A program made the position numbers and the translations under genes. Positions 54,373 through 63,929 of a stretch of 64,000 bases of DNA are shown here, in pieces. The DNA lies in the NCBI GenBank assembly GCA_025935925.1, contig JAICUI010000004.1, positions 24,138-88,137 on the forward strand, read 5' to 3'. Numbering within the stretch: the stretch's first letter is position 1; each line of letters opens with the position of its first letter. Below the pieces are notes generated by a model that was given only the letters and a program-made list of their open reading frames with translations, ran no database searches and was not told the DNA's origin. The stretch comes from Chloroflexota bacterium (GTDB taxonomy: Bacteria > Chloroflexota > Limnocylindria > Limnocylindrales > CSP1-4).

Positions 54373-55665
54373 TCAGGGCGCGGCGGTCGGCGCCGGCGTC
54401 GCGCCGTCCCCGGCGGAGGGCTCGGAGGCCGGCGACGCGCTCGGCGGCGCCGCTACGGTGACCGTGACCTGCTCGGGCGAGATGGCCGCGACCGACACGG
54501 ACGACGGGACGCCGGGCACGACGGGCACCTGGTGACTCCCGGGCGCGAGCGACTCGACGTTCAGGGCGATGACGATCGGCGAGCTCTCGAGCCGGTCGAG
54601 GTCCGCCGTGGACCCGAACAGCGTCAGGAGCACGGTCCGGTCCGACACCTGGTAGTCGAAGCCGGCCTTGCGGCCGTCGAGCCGGATGCCCGCCGTGTAC
54701 GTCCGCGTCTCGGTGACCGCGACGATCCGCACGGTGACGTGGGCCGTTCCAGGCGAGCCCACCACGGAGATTCCCGTCGGCAGCGCGTACGCGACGTCGC
54801 TCGTGAGGTCGCGGGTCGCCCCCGAGACCGAGACGGGCGCGGTGTCGGCGGTCTGGAGCCCGGTGAGCTGGTCCTGGTCGCCCTCGACGGACACGACCAG
54901 CGGGTCGACCGCCACCCGGTCGACCCGGAACCCGGCGGCCGGCGTCCCGGTCACGATCGGGTTCACGGGCACCGTCTTGTTCTGGAGGTTCTGGTAGACG
55001 GGGATCTTGACGTGGACGGTCGTCGGCTGGATCTCGACGCCCGTCACCGTCTGGCCGCCGTCGTCCACCGGCTCGGGCGCGACGTCGCGGTCGACGTTGA
55101 CCGCGCTCGCGTCGATCGTGACGCTGACCCGGGCCTCGACCACCTGGTTGACGGACGTCGACGGGCCGCTCACCTCGACGTTCGACGGCGTCACGACGGT
55201 CGTCCCGACCTGGAGCCCGTCGGGCGGCGTCGACTGGATCACCGTGACCTGGACCGCCTTGGTGACCTTCTGGTCGAGGGTGACCGGGATCGATGGCGGC
55301 CGCACCGCGAGGATCGTGACGCGTGCGTCGACCGGCCGGACGTCGACGCGCACGCTGACGGGGTTTCCGTCGGGCCGGACGCCGGACAGGTCGACCGTCG
55401 CGCGGAAGTCCTCGGCGCGCAGCCGGCCGAGGTCCGCCGGCGCGATGTACTGGATCTGCTCGATGTCCTTCAGCTGATTGACGAGCACCGTGTCCGGCGG
55501 CTGGTTGATGGGCGTGACCGGTACCGGACCGGGGTAGACGTTGCTGTCCTGGGACGCGACGAAGCCCGCGTACAGGAGGGTGGCGAGCGCGATCGCTCCG
55601 AGCTTGAGCGGCCAGTTGTGGACGATCACCCCGGCGACGCGCCGCGCGGCGCGCCCGGCGTTCAC
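54373..55665 (-). CDS. cdaR: YbbR-domain protein (CdaR-like regulator of diadenylate cyclase)
   Basis: GTG 55665 overlaps the cdaA stop (GTGA). N-terminal TM helix, then repeated beta-rich YbbR-like modules. Position between cdaA and glmM. Confidence 0.8.
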   Translation of the reverse strand: MNAGRAARRVAGVIVHNWPLKLGAIALATLLYAGFVASQDSNVYPGPVPVTPINQPPDTVLVNQLKDIEQIQYIAPADLGRLRAEDFRATVDLSGVRPDGNPVSVRVDVRPVDARVTILAVRPPSIPVTLDQKVTKAVQVTVIQSTPPDGLQVGTTVVTPSNVEVSGPSTSVNQVVEARVSVTIDASAVNVDRDVAPEPVDDGGQTVTGVEIQPTTVHVKIPVYQNLQNKTVPVNPIVTGTPAAGFRVDRVAVDPLVVSVEGDQDQLTGLQTADTAPVSVSGATRDLTSDVAYALPTGISVVGSPGTAHVTVRIVAVTETRTYTAGIRLDGRKAGFDYQVSDRTVLLTLFGSTADLDRLESSPIVIALNVESLAPGSHQVPVVPGVPSSVSVAAISPEQVTVTVAAPPSASPASEPSAGDGATPAPTAAP

Positions 55666-56621
55666 GTGTTGGGCACGGCGGCCGCGGCGCCGCCCTCCTC
55701 GTCCTTCCGCTCCGCCGGGACGCCGGCGGGCACCGCCGGCGGCAGCGCGCCGTCGGTTCGCGGCGTCCGGCGCGCGATCCGGAGCCGCCCGCGCGACGTC
55801 CCGCCGCCGCGACCGCGGCCGCCGCGCCCGAGCGCGCCGGGCACGGACGGCGCCTCGAGCAACGCGACCAGCGCGCGCTCCAGCTGGCTCTCGTTCGGGA
55901 CGCGCACGATCCGCGCGCGCTCGACGACGCTCATCTGGCCGCTCTCCTCGGACACGACCACGGCGACGGCGTCCGTGTCCTCGGTGATCCCGAGGGCCGC
56001 GCGATGCCGGGTCCCGAACCGCTCGGAAAGCGTCATCTCGGTGAGCGGCAGGAGGGCACCGGCGGCGAGCACCTGGTCGCCGCGCACCAGCACCGCGCCG
56101 TCGTGCAGCGCCGCGCGGGGCATGAAGATCGTGCACAGCAGCTCGTGGGACAGATCGGCGTGGACCATCACGCCCGTCTCGGCGATCTCCTCGAGGCCCG
56201 TCTCGCGTTCGAGGACCATCAGGGCCCCGTGGCCCTCGCGCGACAGCATGCCGGCCGCCTTGGACACCTCGTGGGCGACGTGCTCGATCTGGCGCTGCGC
56301 CGCCGGCGCGAAGATCCGGCCGACGGCGCCGACGCGTCCGATCCGCTCGAGCGCTCGACGCAGCTCGGGCTGGAACACGACGACGAGCGCGAACAGCCCG
56401 ACGACCGCGCCCGCCTGGAGCAGCTGCGTGAACAGCCGCAGCCCCAGGAACTGCGCGAGCGCATAGATGCCGAGCAGGATCGAGACCCCGATGACGAGGG
56501 TGACGGCGCGGGTCCCGCGGATCAGGCTGAACAGCCAGTAGATGAACAGCGCCGTGATCCCGATGTCGAGCACGGTCGTCAGCGTGATCTGCCGGACGAG
56601 CGACTCGATGAACGGGAGCAT
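55662..56621 (-). CDS. cdaA: Diadenylate cyclase CdaA (3 TM + DAC domain) with Arg/Gly-rich C-terminal tail
   Basis: 319 aa. ALHDGAVLV and GTRHRAALG DAC motifs. Three N-terminal hydrophobic helices. Confidence 0.9.
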   Translation of the reverse strand: MLPFIESLVRQITLTTVLDIGITALFIYWLFSLIRGTRAVTLVIGVSILLGIYALAQFLGLRLFTQLLQAGAVVGLFALVVVFQPELRRALERIGRVGAVGRIFAPAAQRQIEHVAHEVSKAAGMLSREGHGALMVLERETGLEEIAETGVMVHADLSHELLCTIFMPRAALHDGAVLVRGDQVLAAGALLPLTEMTLSERFGTRHRAALGITEDTDAVAVVVSEESGQMSVVERARIVRVPNESQLERALVALLEAPSVPGALGRGGRGRGGGTSRGRLRIARRTPRTDGALPPAVPAGVPAERKDEEGGAAAAVPNT

Positions 56622-56679
56622 CGTCGGGCGAGTCTACCATCGGGTTCCGCGCGTTCCCCCGCTCCGGCGGGGTCGCCGA

Positions 56680-57828
56680 TCAGCTCCGGGCCGCCCTCGC
56701 TGCCTCCACGCGGGCCCGCGACGACGCATCCTCGTCGAGCGTCACGAGGCGGTCCAGCAGGCCCAGCTTCTCGCTCGCGAGCGCTCCCCAGCCGTGCTCG
56801 TCGTAGAGCTGGACGAGGGCCAGGTGAAGGCCGACGTCGTCGGGTGCGAACGAGAGGCCCTGGTAGCACGCGTCGATCGCCGCGTCCTGCGACCCGTAGA
56901 GGCGGTTCGCCGCCGCGAGGTCGAGGAGGCGCTCGACGGCCGGCTGCGGGTCGCCCGCGTCCACGGCCTCCTCTGCGAGCCTGGCGAGCTGCCCGAGGTC
57001 CATGCCGGGCGGCAGGTCACGATCGAGGGCCGCGGGGACCCCGGGGACGGCCAGGGACGGCCCCCCGGCCACCGCCTCCGCGTCGGGCTCGTCGTCCGGG
57101 ACCGCGAGGGCGGCCTCGAGGCCCGGGTCGAGCAGGAGCACCGCGTCGTCGTCGACGGCCTCGCCCGCGGCGGCCAGGGCCGCCCGCTCGTCGCGCTCGG
57201 CGGCCGCGTCCGCGGCGGCGATGGCCGCCGCGAGGACGTCGGGGTCGATGGCCGGCGGCCGGGGCGTCGCGGCGCGCCCTTCGAGGACCCGGAGCGCCTT
57301 CTCCAGCGCGCGCCGCGCGGGTTCGTCGGCGCGCGTCGCGCGCAGCCGGCTGATCAGCCGCTCGAGCGTCCGGCGGCGCTCCCGCCCCTCGGCGAGCTCG
57401 AGCGCGCGGCGCGCCGCGTCGACGGCGTCGGCGAGCTTCCCGCTCGCCGCGCGAAGCTGCGCGAGCGAGTCGTACGCGTCCGCGGCCTCGGCCTTCCGGT
57501 CGAGCGCGACGAGCGCCTGCGCCTGGCCCAGCAGCGCCGCCTCATCCCGCGGCGCGAGGCGCGAGGCGGCCTGGTAGTACGCGAGCGCATCGCTCGGCCG
57601 CCGCCGCCGCAGCAGCGCCGTGCCGGCGGCCGTATGCGGCGTCGCGCGCTCGGGCGCGATCCGCGATGCCTCGGCATACGCGTCGAGCGCCTCGTCGAGC
57701 CGCCCCCGCAACGCGGCCACATGGCCGCGCTTGAGCGCGTCCTTGTACCGCTCGTACACGCCCTCCCCGGCCACTACCGCCTCACCGCTCCGTCGCCCAT
57801 CGCGGCATCCTCGCAGAAACCGAGCCAC
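56680..57828 (-). CDS. Tetratricopeptide-repeat protein
   Basis: 382 aa of Ala-rich helical repeats (ALDAYAEASRIAP..ALAYYQAASRLAP). GTG start at 57828; downstream GTGs are also possible. Confidence 0.65.
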   Translation of the reverse strand: MARFLRGCRDGRRSGEAVVAGEGVYERYKDALKRGHVAALRGRLDEALDAYAEASRIAPERATPHTAAGTALLRRRRPSDALAYYQAASRLAPRDEAALLGQAQALVALDRKAEAADAYDSLAQLRAASGKLADAVDAARRALELAEGRERRRTLERLISRLRATRADEPARRALEKALRVLEGRAATPRPPAIDPDVLAAAIAAADAAAERDERAALAAAGEAVDDDAVLLLDPGLEAALAVPDDEPDAEAVAGGPSLAVPGVPAALDRDLPPGMDLGQLARLAEEAVDAGDPQPAVERLLDLAAANRLYGSQDAAIDACYQGLSFAPDDVGLHLALVQLYDEHGWGALASEKLGLLDRLVTLDEDASSRARVEAARAARS

Positions 57829-58022
57829 CCGCGCCAGACGACGCGGGTGGACTGATGAGGGATGGACGTCGCTGGCGACCCCGACCTGTGCAGCGCACGA
57901 AGCCTAGCCGGCGCACGGCGCGCCGCCGAGAAGGCGACGCCGAGCAGCGGAGCGAGCGCACTCGGACGTGCGTGAGCGAGCAGCACAGGCGGCAACGCCC
58001 TCGGCGGCCGCTCGTGCGACGG

Positions 58023-58421
58023 CTAGCGCTTGGTGTACTGGGGGGCCTTGCGGGCTCGCTTCAACCCGTACTTCTTCCGCTCCTTCATCCGCGGGTCCCG
58101 CGTCAGCAGGCCCGCCTGGCGGAGCGGCAGCCGGTTCGCGTCGGGGTCTACCTGCAGCAGCGCACGGGCGATCCCGTGGCGGATCGCGCCGGCCTGGCCG
58201 GTCGTCCCGCCACCCTCGACCTTGATCATCGCGTTGTAGCGGCCCTCGGTCCCGGTCACGCGGAACGGCAGGAACAGCTCGGCCTCGGGCAGGATCCCGC
58301 CGAAGTGCTCTTCGGGGGTGCGGCCGTTCACGACCATCTGCCCCTCGCCGGGGATGAGGCGGACGCGGGCCACCGCCGTCTTGCGGCGGCCGGTGCCCCA
58401 GTAGAACGCAGGCGTCGACAT
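58023..58421 (-). CDS. rpsI: 30S ribosomal protein S9
   Basis: 132 aa. [12 protein letters not shown].. and C-terminal ..KAPQYTKR. Confidence 0.97.
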   Translation of the reverse strand: MSTPAFYWGTGRRKTAVARVRLIPGEGQMVVNGRTPEEHFGGILPEAELFLPFRVTGTEGRYNAMIKVEGGGTTGQAGAIRHGIARALLQVDPDANRLPLRQAGLLTRDPRMKERKKYGLKRARKAPQYTKR

Positions 58422-58430
58422 CGGGGCTCC

Positions 58431-58862
58431 TTACGCGAGCGGCTCGGGCTTCTGGGCCTGGTGCGGGTGGTCGCCACCCGCATAGACCTTGAGCTTCCGA
58501 AGCTGCTGGGTTCCGAGGCGGTTGTGGGGCAGCATGCCCTTGACGGCGCGGCGGATGACCTCCTCCGGCCGGCGGGCGAGGAGGTGACCGAGCGTCTCCT
58601 CCTTGAAGCCCTGCGGGTAGCCGCTGTGCCGCGCGTAGACCTTCGAGGTGAGCTTGTCGCGAGACACGGTGATCCGGGCGGCGTTCAGCACGATCACGTG
58701 ATCGCCGGTGTCGATGTGCGGGGCGTACGTGGGCTTGTGCTTGCCCTCGAGGACGCGCGCGATGCGCGTCGCAAGGCGGCCGAGCGTCTCGTCCGTCGCG
58801 TCCACGACGTACCAGCGTCGCTCGATCTCGCTCTCCCGAGGCGTATAGGTCTTCGCGTTCAT
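58431..58862 (-). CDS. rplM: 50S ribosomal protein L13
   Basis: 143 aa. [35 protein letters not shown]. Confidence 0.97.
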   Translation of the reverse strand: MNAKTYTPRESEIERRWYVVDATDETLGRLATRIARVLEGKHKPTYAPHIDTGDHVIVLNAARITVSRDKLTSKVYARHSGYPQGFKEETLGHLLARRPEEVIRRAVKGMLPHNRLGTQQLRKLKVYAGGDHPHQAQKPEPLA

Positions 58863-59749
58863 TCCTCGTCTTCCTTGTCGTCCCGCGGCCGCCGTCCCAG
58901 GACGACGCGCCGGAGGCAGAGCCCCTTGGCCGGTGCCGCTGCCCCGTTGAGGGCCGGCTCCGGCGCGGCGAGCGCCGCGCCGAGGGCCGCTGCATCGATT
59001 CGGTTGTGCCCGACCTCCAGGAGGCCGGCGACCATCCGCCGGACCTGTCCGCGAAGGAAGGATTCCGCCGTGACGTCGATCGTCACGAGGCGGCCCTCCC
59101 GCCGGACCCGGACCGCGTTCACGGTCCGGACCGTCGACCGGTCCGTCGCGCCGCTGAAGGCCGAGAAGTCGTGCCGGCCCTCGAAGACCGACGCGGCGCT
59201 CGCCATGGCGGCGATGTCCAGCGGGTCCCGCACCCCGAGCGCGTGTCGCTCGCGGAGCGGGCTTCGCGGCCCGTTCCAGACGGTGTAGCGGTACTCCCGG
59301 TACCGCGCCGCATAGCGCGGGTGGAACCCGTCGGGTGCCCGCCGGAGGTCGCGGATCGCGACATCCCGCGGGAGCAGGGCGTTGACCGCCCGCTGGAGCC
59401 GGCTACCGGCGACCTCGCCCGCGTAGGTGAAGGCGATCACCTGGCCGCTGGCGTGGACCCCGGCATCCGTGCGTCCTGCCCCGTCGACCACGACCCGCTC
59501 GCCTCGGTTGAGGCGGGTCAGCGCGGCCTCGAGCTCTCCCTGGACCGTGCGGGCGTTGCCCTGGAGCTGAAAGCCCGCGTAGTCCGTTCCGTCGTATTCA
59601 ACCGTCGCGCGATAGCGCGTCGGGCGAACCTCTCGGCCCTCCTCTTCGGTCGCCCGTCTGCCGGCCGATCGCGTCGTTGGACCCTGCGCTCCTCGCTCAC
59701 GCACATCCGAGTGCGCTCGCTCCGGTGCTCGGGTCCGCCTAGCGCTCAA
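58859..59749 (-). CDS. truA: tRNA pseudouridine(38-40) synthase TruA
   Basis: [16 protein letters not shown] and [15 protein letters not shown] motifs. The start is uncertain: TTG 59749 or GTG 59704. ATGA overlap with rplM. Confidence 0.85.
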   Translation of the reverse strand: MSARRTRAPERAHSDVRERGAQGPTTRSAGRRATEEEGREVRPTRYRATVEYDGTDYAGFQLQGNARTVQGELEAALTRLNRGERVVVDGAGRTDAGVHASGQVIAFTYAGEVAGSRLQRAVNALLPRDVAIRDLRRAPDGFHPRYAARYREYRYTVWNGPRSPLRERHALGVRDPLDIAAMASAASVFEGRHDFSAFSGATDRSTVRTVNAVRVRREGRLVTIDVTAESFLRGQVRRMVAGLLEVGHNRIDAAALGAALAAPEPALNGAAAPAKGLCLRRVVLGRRPRDDKEDEE

Positions 59750-59785
59750 TCCGGCGGCCGGGCGAGTCAGAGACTCAGTTCAGCG

Positions 59786-60139
59786 TCAGACCAGTTCGAT
59801 CTGGACGATCTCGGCGGCGTCGCCCTTGCGCTGGCCGATATGCACGAGCCGGGTGAACCCGGACGTGCGGTCGGCGTACTTCGGGGCGATGACGTCGAAC
59901 AGCTTGGCGATCACGAGCGGCTCGTTCGGAAGCTCCGACACGACCGCCCTTCGAGCCGCGAGATCACCGCGCTTGGCGAGCGTGATGATCTGCTCGACCT
60001 GGCCGCGGATCTCCTTGGCCTTGGCCTCGGTCGTCTGGACGCGCTCGTAGCGCAGGACCGAGACGATCAGGTTGCGATAGAGGGCGAGGCGGGGCCCGCG
60101 CTTGCGCGAGAGCTTCCGGCCGTCGACGCGATGGGCCAC
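59786..60139 (-). CDS. rplQ: 50S ribosomal protein L17
   Basis: 117 aa. GRKLSRKRGPRLALYRNL..TTEAKAKE. Confidence 0.96.
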   Translation of the reverse strand: MAHRVDGRKLSRKRGPRLALYRNLIVSVLRYERVQTTEAKAKEIRGQVEQIITLAKRGDLAARRAVVSELPNEPLVIAKLFDVIAPKYADRTSGFTRLVHIGQRKGDAAEIVQIELV

Positions 60140-60142
60140 GGC

Positions 60143-61144
60143 TCAGGCCTCCTCGTCGCCGTCGTCGTCGAAGGCGCCGTCGACGTCGTCGTCGGCGTAC
60201 TCCCCGTCCGACTCGGTCTCGGGCAGGATGAAGCCGCGCATGCGCAGGCGCTCCTTCATCTCGTCGAGCGACTTCTTGCCGAAGTTCCGCATGCGCAGCA
60301 GGTCGTCGTCCTTCAGCTGGAGCAGCTGGCCGACCTTGACGATGTTGTTGCGCTTGAGCGAGTTGTAGGCCCGCATCGGCAGGTCCAGCTCCTCGATCGG
60401 CATGTCGAGCATGTTCGGCGGGAGCTGGGGGACGCCGGCGGCGGCGCGGTCGGGCGCGGCAGCCTGGACGCCGACGGTCACGAACGGCTGGAACTGGTGG
60501 ACCAGCATGTCCGCCGACCGGGAGAGCGCCTCCTCGGGGGTGACGGTGCCGTCCGTCTCGATCTCGATCGTGAGCTTGTCGAACGTCGTCACCTGGCCGA
60601 CGCGCATGCCCTCGACCCAGTAGTTGACCTTGCGCACCGGCGTGAAGATCGCGTCGACCGCGATGACGCCGATCGGCAGCGCCTCCGAGCGCTCGGCCGC
60701 GAGGTAGCCGATGCCGCGCTCGACGGTCAGGTCCATCTCGATGGTGACGTCGTCGGAGTCGATCGTCATGAGCACGAGCTCGGGATTGACGATCTCGACG
60801 TCCGCCGACTCGGCGATGTCCGCGGCGATGACCGGGCCGGCGCCGCTCTTGATCAGCCGGAGCTGGACCGGGTGCGACGCGAAGCTCTTGAGCCGGAGCT
60901 TCTTGACGTTCAGGACGATCTGCGTGACGTCTTCCTTGACGCCGGGGATCGTCGAGAACTCCTGGTAGACGTCACGGATCTGGATCGACGTCACGGCCGC
61001 GCCCTCGAGGGACGAGAGCAGCACGCGGCGGAGGGCGTTGCCAAGGGTGACGCCGTAGCCTGCCTGCAGCGGCCCGGCCTCGTACTTGGCGTACGTACCG
61101 GCTTCCGCGACGGGCTCGATCTGCGGGGTCTCGAGTTCGATCAT
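60143..61144 (-). CDS. rpoA: DNA-directed RNA polymerase subunit alpha
   Basis: 333 aa. GYGVTLGNALRRVLLSSLEGAAVTSIQI and the CTD LDLPMRAYNSLKRNNI. Confidence 0.97.
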   Translation of the reverse strand: MIELETPQIEPVAEAGTYAKYEAGPLQAGYGVTLGNALRRVLLSSLEGAAVTSIQIRDVYQEFSTIPGVKEDVTQIVLNVKKLRLKSFASHPVQLRLIKSGAGPVIAADIAESADVEIVNPELVLMTIDSDDVTIEMDLTVERGIGYLAAERSEALPIGVIAVDAIFTPVRKVNYWVEGMRVGQVTTFDKLTIEIETDGTVTPEEALSRSADMLVHQFQPFVTVGVQAAAPDRAAAGVPQLPPNMLDMPIEELDLPMRAYNSLKRNNIVKVGQLLQLKDDDLLRMRNFGKKSLDEMKERLRMRGFILPETESDGEYADDDVDGAFDDDGDEEA

Positions 61145-61153
61145 GGAGGGCGA

Positions 61154-61780
61154 CTACCTCGAGTAGTACTCGACCACGAGCTGCTCGTTGAAGTCGAGCG
61201 GCATCTGGTCGCGGCGCGGGAGGGCGATCACGGAGCCGGCCATGTTGCCGGCATCGAGGCTCAGCCACTCTGGCGCCTGGTGCTGGCGAAGGGTCTCCTT
61301 CACCGTCTTGAACAGCTCGCGCTCGTGATGCGAGATGCGGACCGCGATGCGGTCGCCCACCTTGAGCGAGTACGAGGGGATGTTGGTGGCGGTGCCGTTG
61401 ACCTCGAAGTGGCCGTGCGCCACGATCTGGCGCGCCGCCGCCCGGGAGGGCGCGAAGCCGAGCCGGAACACGACGTTGTCGAGTCGCAGCTCGAGCTGGC
61501 GCAGGAGCGCCTCGCCGGTCACGCCCGAGTGGCGGGTCGCCTCGATGAAGTAGTTGCGGAACTGCTTCTCGAGGACGCCGTACACGCGGCGGACCTTCTG
61601 CTTCTCGCGCAGCTGGAGGCCGTAGTCGCCGACCTTGCGGCGGCGGACACCATGCTGGCCGGGCGGCGTCGGGCGCCGCTCGAACGAGCACTTCTTGCTG
61701 TAGCAGCGGCTGCCCTTCAGGTAGAGCTTCATGCCCTCCCGGCGACAGAGGCGGCAGACGGGATCGGTATAGCGAGCCAT
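61154..61780 (-). CDS. rpsD: 30S ribosomal protein S4
   Basis: 208 aa. MARYTDPVCRLCRREGMKLYLKG. Confidence 0.97.
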   Translation of the reverse strand: MARYTDPVCRLCRREGMKLYLKGSRCYSKKCSFERRPTPPGQHGVRRRKVGDYGLQLREKQKVRRVYGVLEKQFRNYFIEATRHSGVTGEALLRQLELRLDNVVFRLGFAPSRAAARQIVAHGHFEVNGTATNIPSYSLKVGDRIAVRISHHERELFKTVKETLRQHQAPEWLSLDAGNMAGSVIALPRRDQMPLDFNEQLVVEYYSR

Positions 61781-61793
61781 GGTCTCTCGGGTC

Positions 61794-62189
61794 TCAGACG
61801 CGGCGCCGCTTGGGCGGGCGGCAGCCGTTGTGCGGGATGGGCGTGACGTCCGTGATCGCGCTGACCTCCAGGCCGGCGGCCTGCAGGGAGCGAATGGCCT
61901 GCTCGCGGCCCGCCCCGGGCCCCTTCACGTAGACCTCGACCTGGCGCATGCCGTGCTCCATCGCGCGGCGAGCGGCGCCGTCGGCGGCGAGCGCGGCGGC
62001 ATAGGGCGTGCTCTTCCGGGAGCCCTTGAACCCGGCGATGCCGGCGGAGCCCCACGAGATGACGTTCCCCGTGAGGTCCGTGATCGTCACGATCGTGTTG
62101 TTGAAGGACGCCTGGATGTGGACGTGCCCCTGGGGAACGTTCTTCCGTTCCCGACGCCGCTGCTTGACGGCGCGCTTGCGGTCGGCCAT
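61794..62189 (-). CDS. rpsK: 30S ribosomal protein S11
   Basis: 131 aa. [28 protein letters not shown]. Confidence 0.97.
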   Translation of the reverse strand: MADRKRAVKQRRRERKNVPQGHVHIQASFNNTIVTITDLTGNVISWGSAGIAGFKGSRKSTPYAAALAADGAARRAMEHGMRQVEVYVKGPGAGREQAIRSLQAAGLEVSAITDVTPIPHNGCRPPKRRRV

Positions 62190-62206
62190 GCGCTAACGGT
62201 TCCTCG

Positions 62207-62578
62207 TCACTTCTTCTTGCGGGCGCCGACCGTCTTCTTCGGTCCGCGGCGCTGACGGGCGTTGGTCTTGGTCCGCTGCCCGCGCACCGGCAGGTTGCGG
62301 CGGTGCCGAAGCCCGCGGTACGACCCGATCTCGATGAGGCGCTTGATGTTCAGCGCCACCTCGCGACGGAGGTCGCCCTCGACCTTGAACGTCCGGTCGA
62401 TGACCTCGCGGAGCCGGTTGACCTGGTCATCCGTGAGGTCCCGGACGCGGGTGTCGGGATTGATGCTGGTCTGCTTCAGGAGCTTCTGGCTCGAGCTGAG
62501 CCCGATCCCGTAGATGTACGTGAGGGCGACCTCGACGCGCTTCTCGCGCGGGATGTCGACACCGGCAATTCGTGCCAT
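62207..62578 (-). CDS. rpsM: 30S ribosomal protein S13
   Basis: 123 aa. [26 protein letters not shown]. Confidence 0.97.
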   Translation of the reverse strand: MARIAGVDIPREKRVEVALTYIYGIGLSSSQKLLKQTSINPDTRVRDLTDDQVNRLREVIDRTFKVEGDLRREVALNIKRLIEIGSYRGLRHRRNLPVRGQRTKTNARQRRGPKKTVGARKKK

Positions 62579-62582
62579 CGCG

Positions 62583-62696
62583 TCAGCCCTGCCGCTGCTT
62601 GTGCTTGGGGTTCTCGCAGATCACCATCACGGTGCCGTGGCGCCGGATGATCTTGCAGTTGTCGCAACGCGTCTTGACGGACGCTCTGACCTTCAC
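62583..62696 (-). CDS. rpmJ: 50S ribosomal protein L36
   Basis: Too short for the ORF track. My translation from GTG 62696 is [37 protein letters not shown], with the stop at 62583-62585. Confidence 0.93.
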   Translation of the reverse strand: MKVRASVKTRCDNCKIIRRHGTVMVICENPKHKQRQG

Positions 62697-62707
62697 GGGT
62701 TCCTCGA

Positions 62708-62926
62708 TTACTTCAGTCGGTACGTGATGCGACCCCGTGTGAGGTCGTACGGAGACAGCTCGACGCGGACCCGGTCCCCGGGCAGGATCCGGATGAAGTT
62801 CATCCGGAGCTTGCCGCTGATGTGCGCGAGGACGCGATGACCGTTTTCGAGCTCGACCGCGAACATCGTGTTCGGCAGTGGCTCGATGACGGTGCCTTCG
62901 ACTTCGATCGCGTCCTTCTTCGCCAA
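62708..62926 (-). CDS. infA: Translation initiation factor IF-1
   Basis: 72 aa, TTG start, [34 protein letters not shown]. Confidence 0.97.
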   Translation of the reverse strand: MAKKDAIEVEGTVIEPLPNTMFAVELENGHRVLAHISGKLRMNFIRILPGDRVRVELSPYDLTRGRITYRLK

Positions 62927-62988
62927 CCTTGCTCCCTGGTCCTACTCAGCAACGAGTGCCGGCCCGCCGGGCCGACACACGAACGGTG

Positions 62989-63017
62989 AGGATATCAAAC
63001 GGGGCACGATCCGACAA
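62989..63017 (-). promoter_or_regulatory. Candidate sigma-A-type promoter for infA-rpmJ-rpsM...
   Basis: On the minus strand TTGTCG (63012-63017), a 17-nt spacer, then TATCCT (62989-62994). This lies about 60 nt upstream of the infA TTG. Confidence 0.45.
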
Positions 63018-63140
63018 CCCGACGTCTCGACTGGACACGGGTGAGGATCTCCGGAGACCCTCAGGCCGAGCGCACGCGGGCGCTTCAGCTCGGCCTTCGG
63101 TGGGCAGGTCGCGGACACGTGCGCTTCCTTGTCCTCGGTC

Positions 63141-63929
63141 CTAGACACGCGTCAGGATCTCCGGTCCATGATCCGTCACCGCGATCGTGTGCTCGAAGTG
63201 GGCCGCGAGCGAGCCGTCGGCGGTCGCGACCGTCCAGCCGTCGTCGAGGACCTCGGTGTCCTCCGCGCCGAGCGTGAGCATCGGCTCGATCGCGAAGCAG
63301 TGGCCCGGCTCGAGCTGGAGCCCCGGGCGACCGGTGCGGTAGTTCGGGACGTTCGGGTCCTCGTGCATCGACGTTCCGATGCCGTGGCCCACGTACTGGC
63401 GGATGATCCCGTACGGGCCGCTGCGCGCGACGTCCTCGACCGCGGCGGAGATGTCGTTGAGGCGGCAGCCGGGGCGCGCGGCCTGGATCCCGGCCATCAG
63501 CGCCAGGCGGGTCGTCTGCACGAGCTGCACCGCCTCCGGCGTACCGGCCGCCTCGCCGCCGCAGATGAACGTCCGCGCGCCGTCGCCGTGCCAGCCGTCG
63601 TAGATCGCGCCGACGTCGATCGACACCAGCTGCCCGGCCCGCACCTCGCGGTCGCCCGGGATGCCATGGACGATCTCGTCGTCGATCGAGATGCACGTCG
63701 ACGCGGGATAGGCGTGCGGGTCGCGAGGGTCGTAGCGGCGGCCGCCGAGGTAGTTGAGGAACGACGGGACGGCGCCCGCGGCGCGGATGTGCCGCTCCGC
63801 GATCCGGTCGAGCTCGGCCGTGGAGATCCCCGCGACGAGGTGCTCCTCCATCAGCGCGAGCACCTCGGCCACGATCCGGCCGGCTGAGCGCATCCTGGCG
63901 ATCTCGTCCTTCGACTTGCGCGTGATCAC
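63141..63929 (-). CDS. map: Type I methionine aminopeptidase
   Basis: 262 aa. GTG start overlaps the upstream stop (GTGA). Metal-ligand blocks ISIDVGAIYDGWHGD and HGIGTSMHE. Confidence 0.93.
   Translation of the reverse strand: MITRKSKDEIARMRSAGRIVAEVLALMEEHLVAGISTAELDRIAERHIRAAGAVPSFLNYLGGRRYDPRDPHAYPASTCISIDDEIVHGIPGDREVRAGQLVSIDVGAIYDGWHGDGARTFICGGEAAGTPEAVQLVQTTRLALMAGIQAARPGCRLNDISAAVEDVARSGPYGIIRQYVGHGIGTSMHEDPNVPNYRTGRPGLQLEPGHCFAIEPMLTLGAEDTEVLDDGWTVATADGSLAAHFEHTIAVTDHGPEILTRV

Noticed and set aside
57829-58022. 194-nt gap after rpsI, checked for a tRNA, small RNA or terminator.
   Set aside because: There is no cloverleaf-compatible sequence and no hairpin with a U tract. The gap may be shorter or longer depending on the uncertain TPR-gene start.
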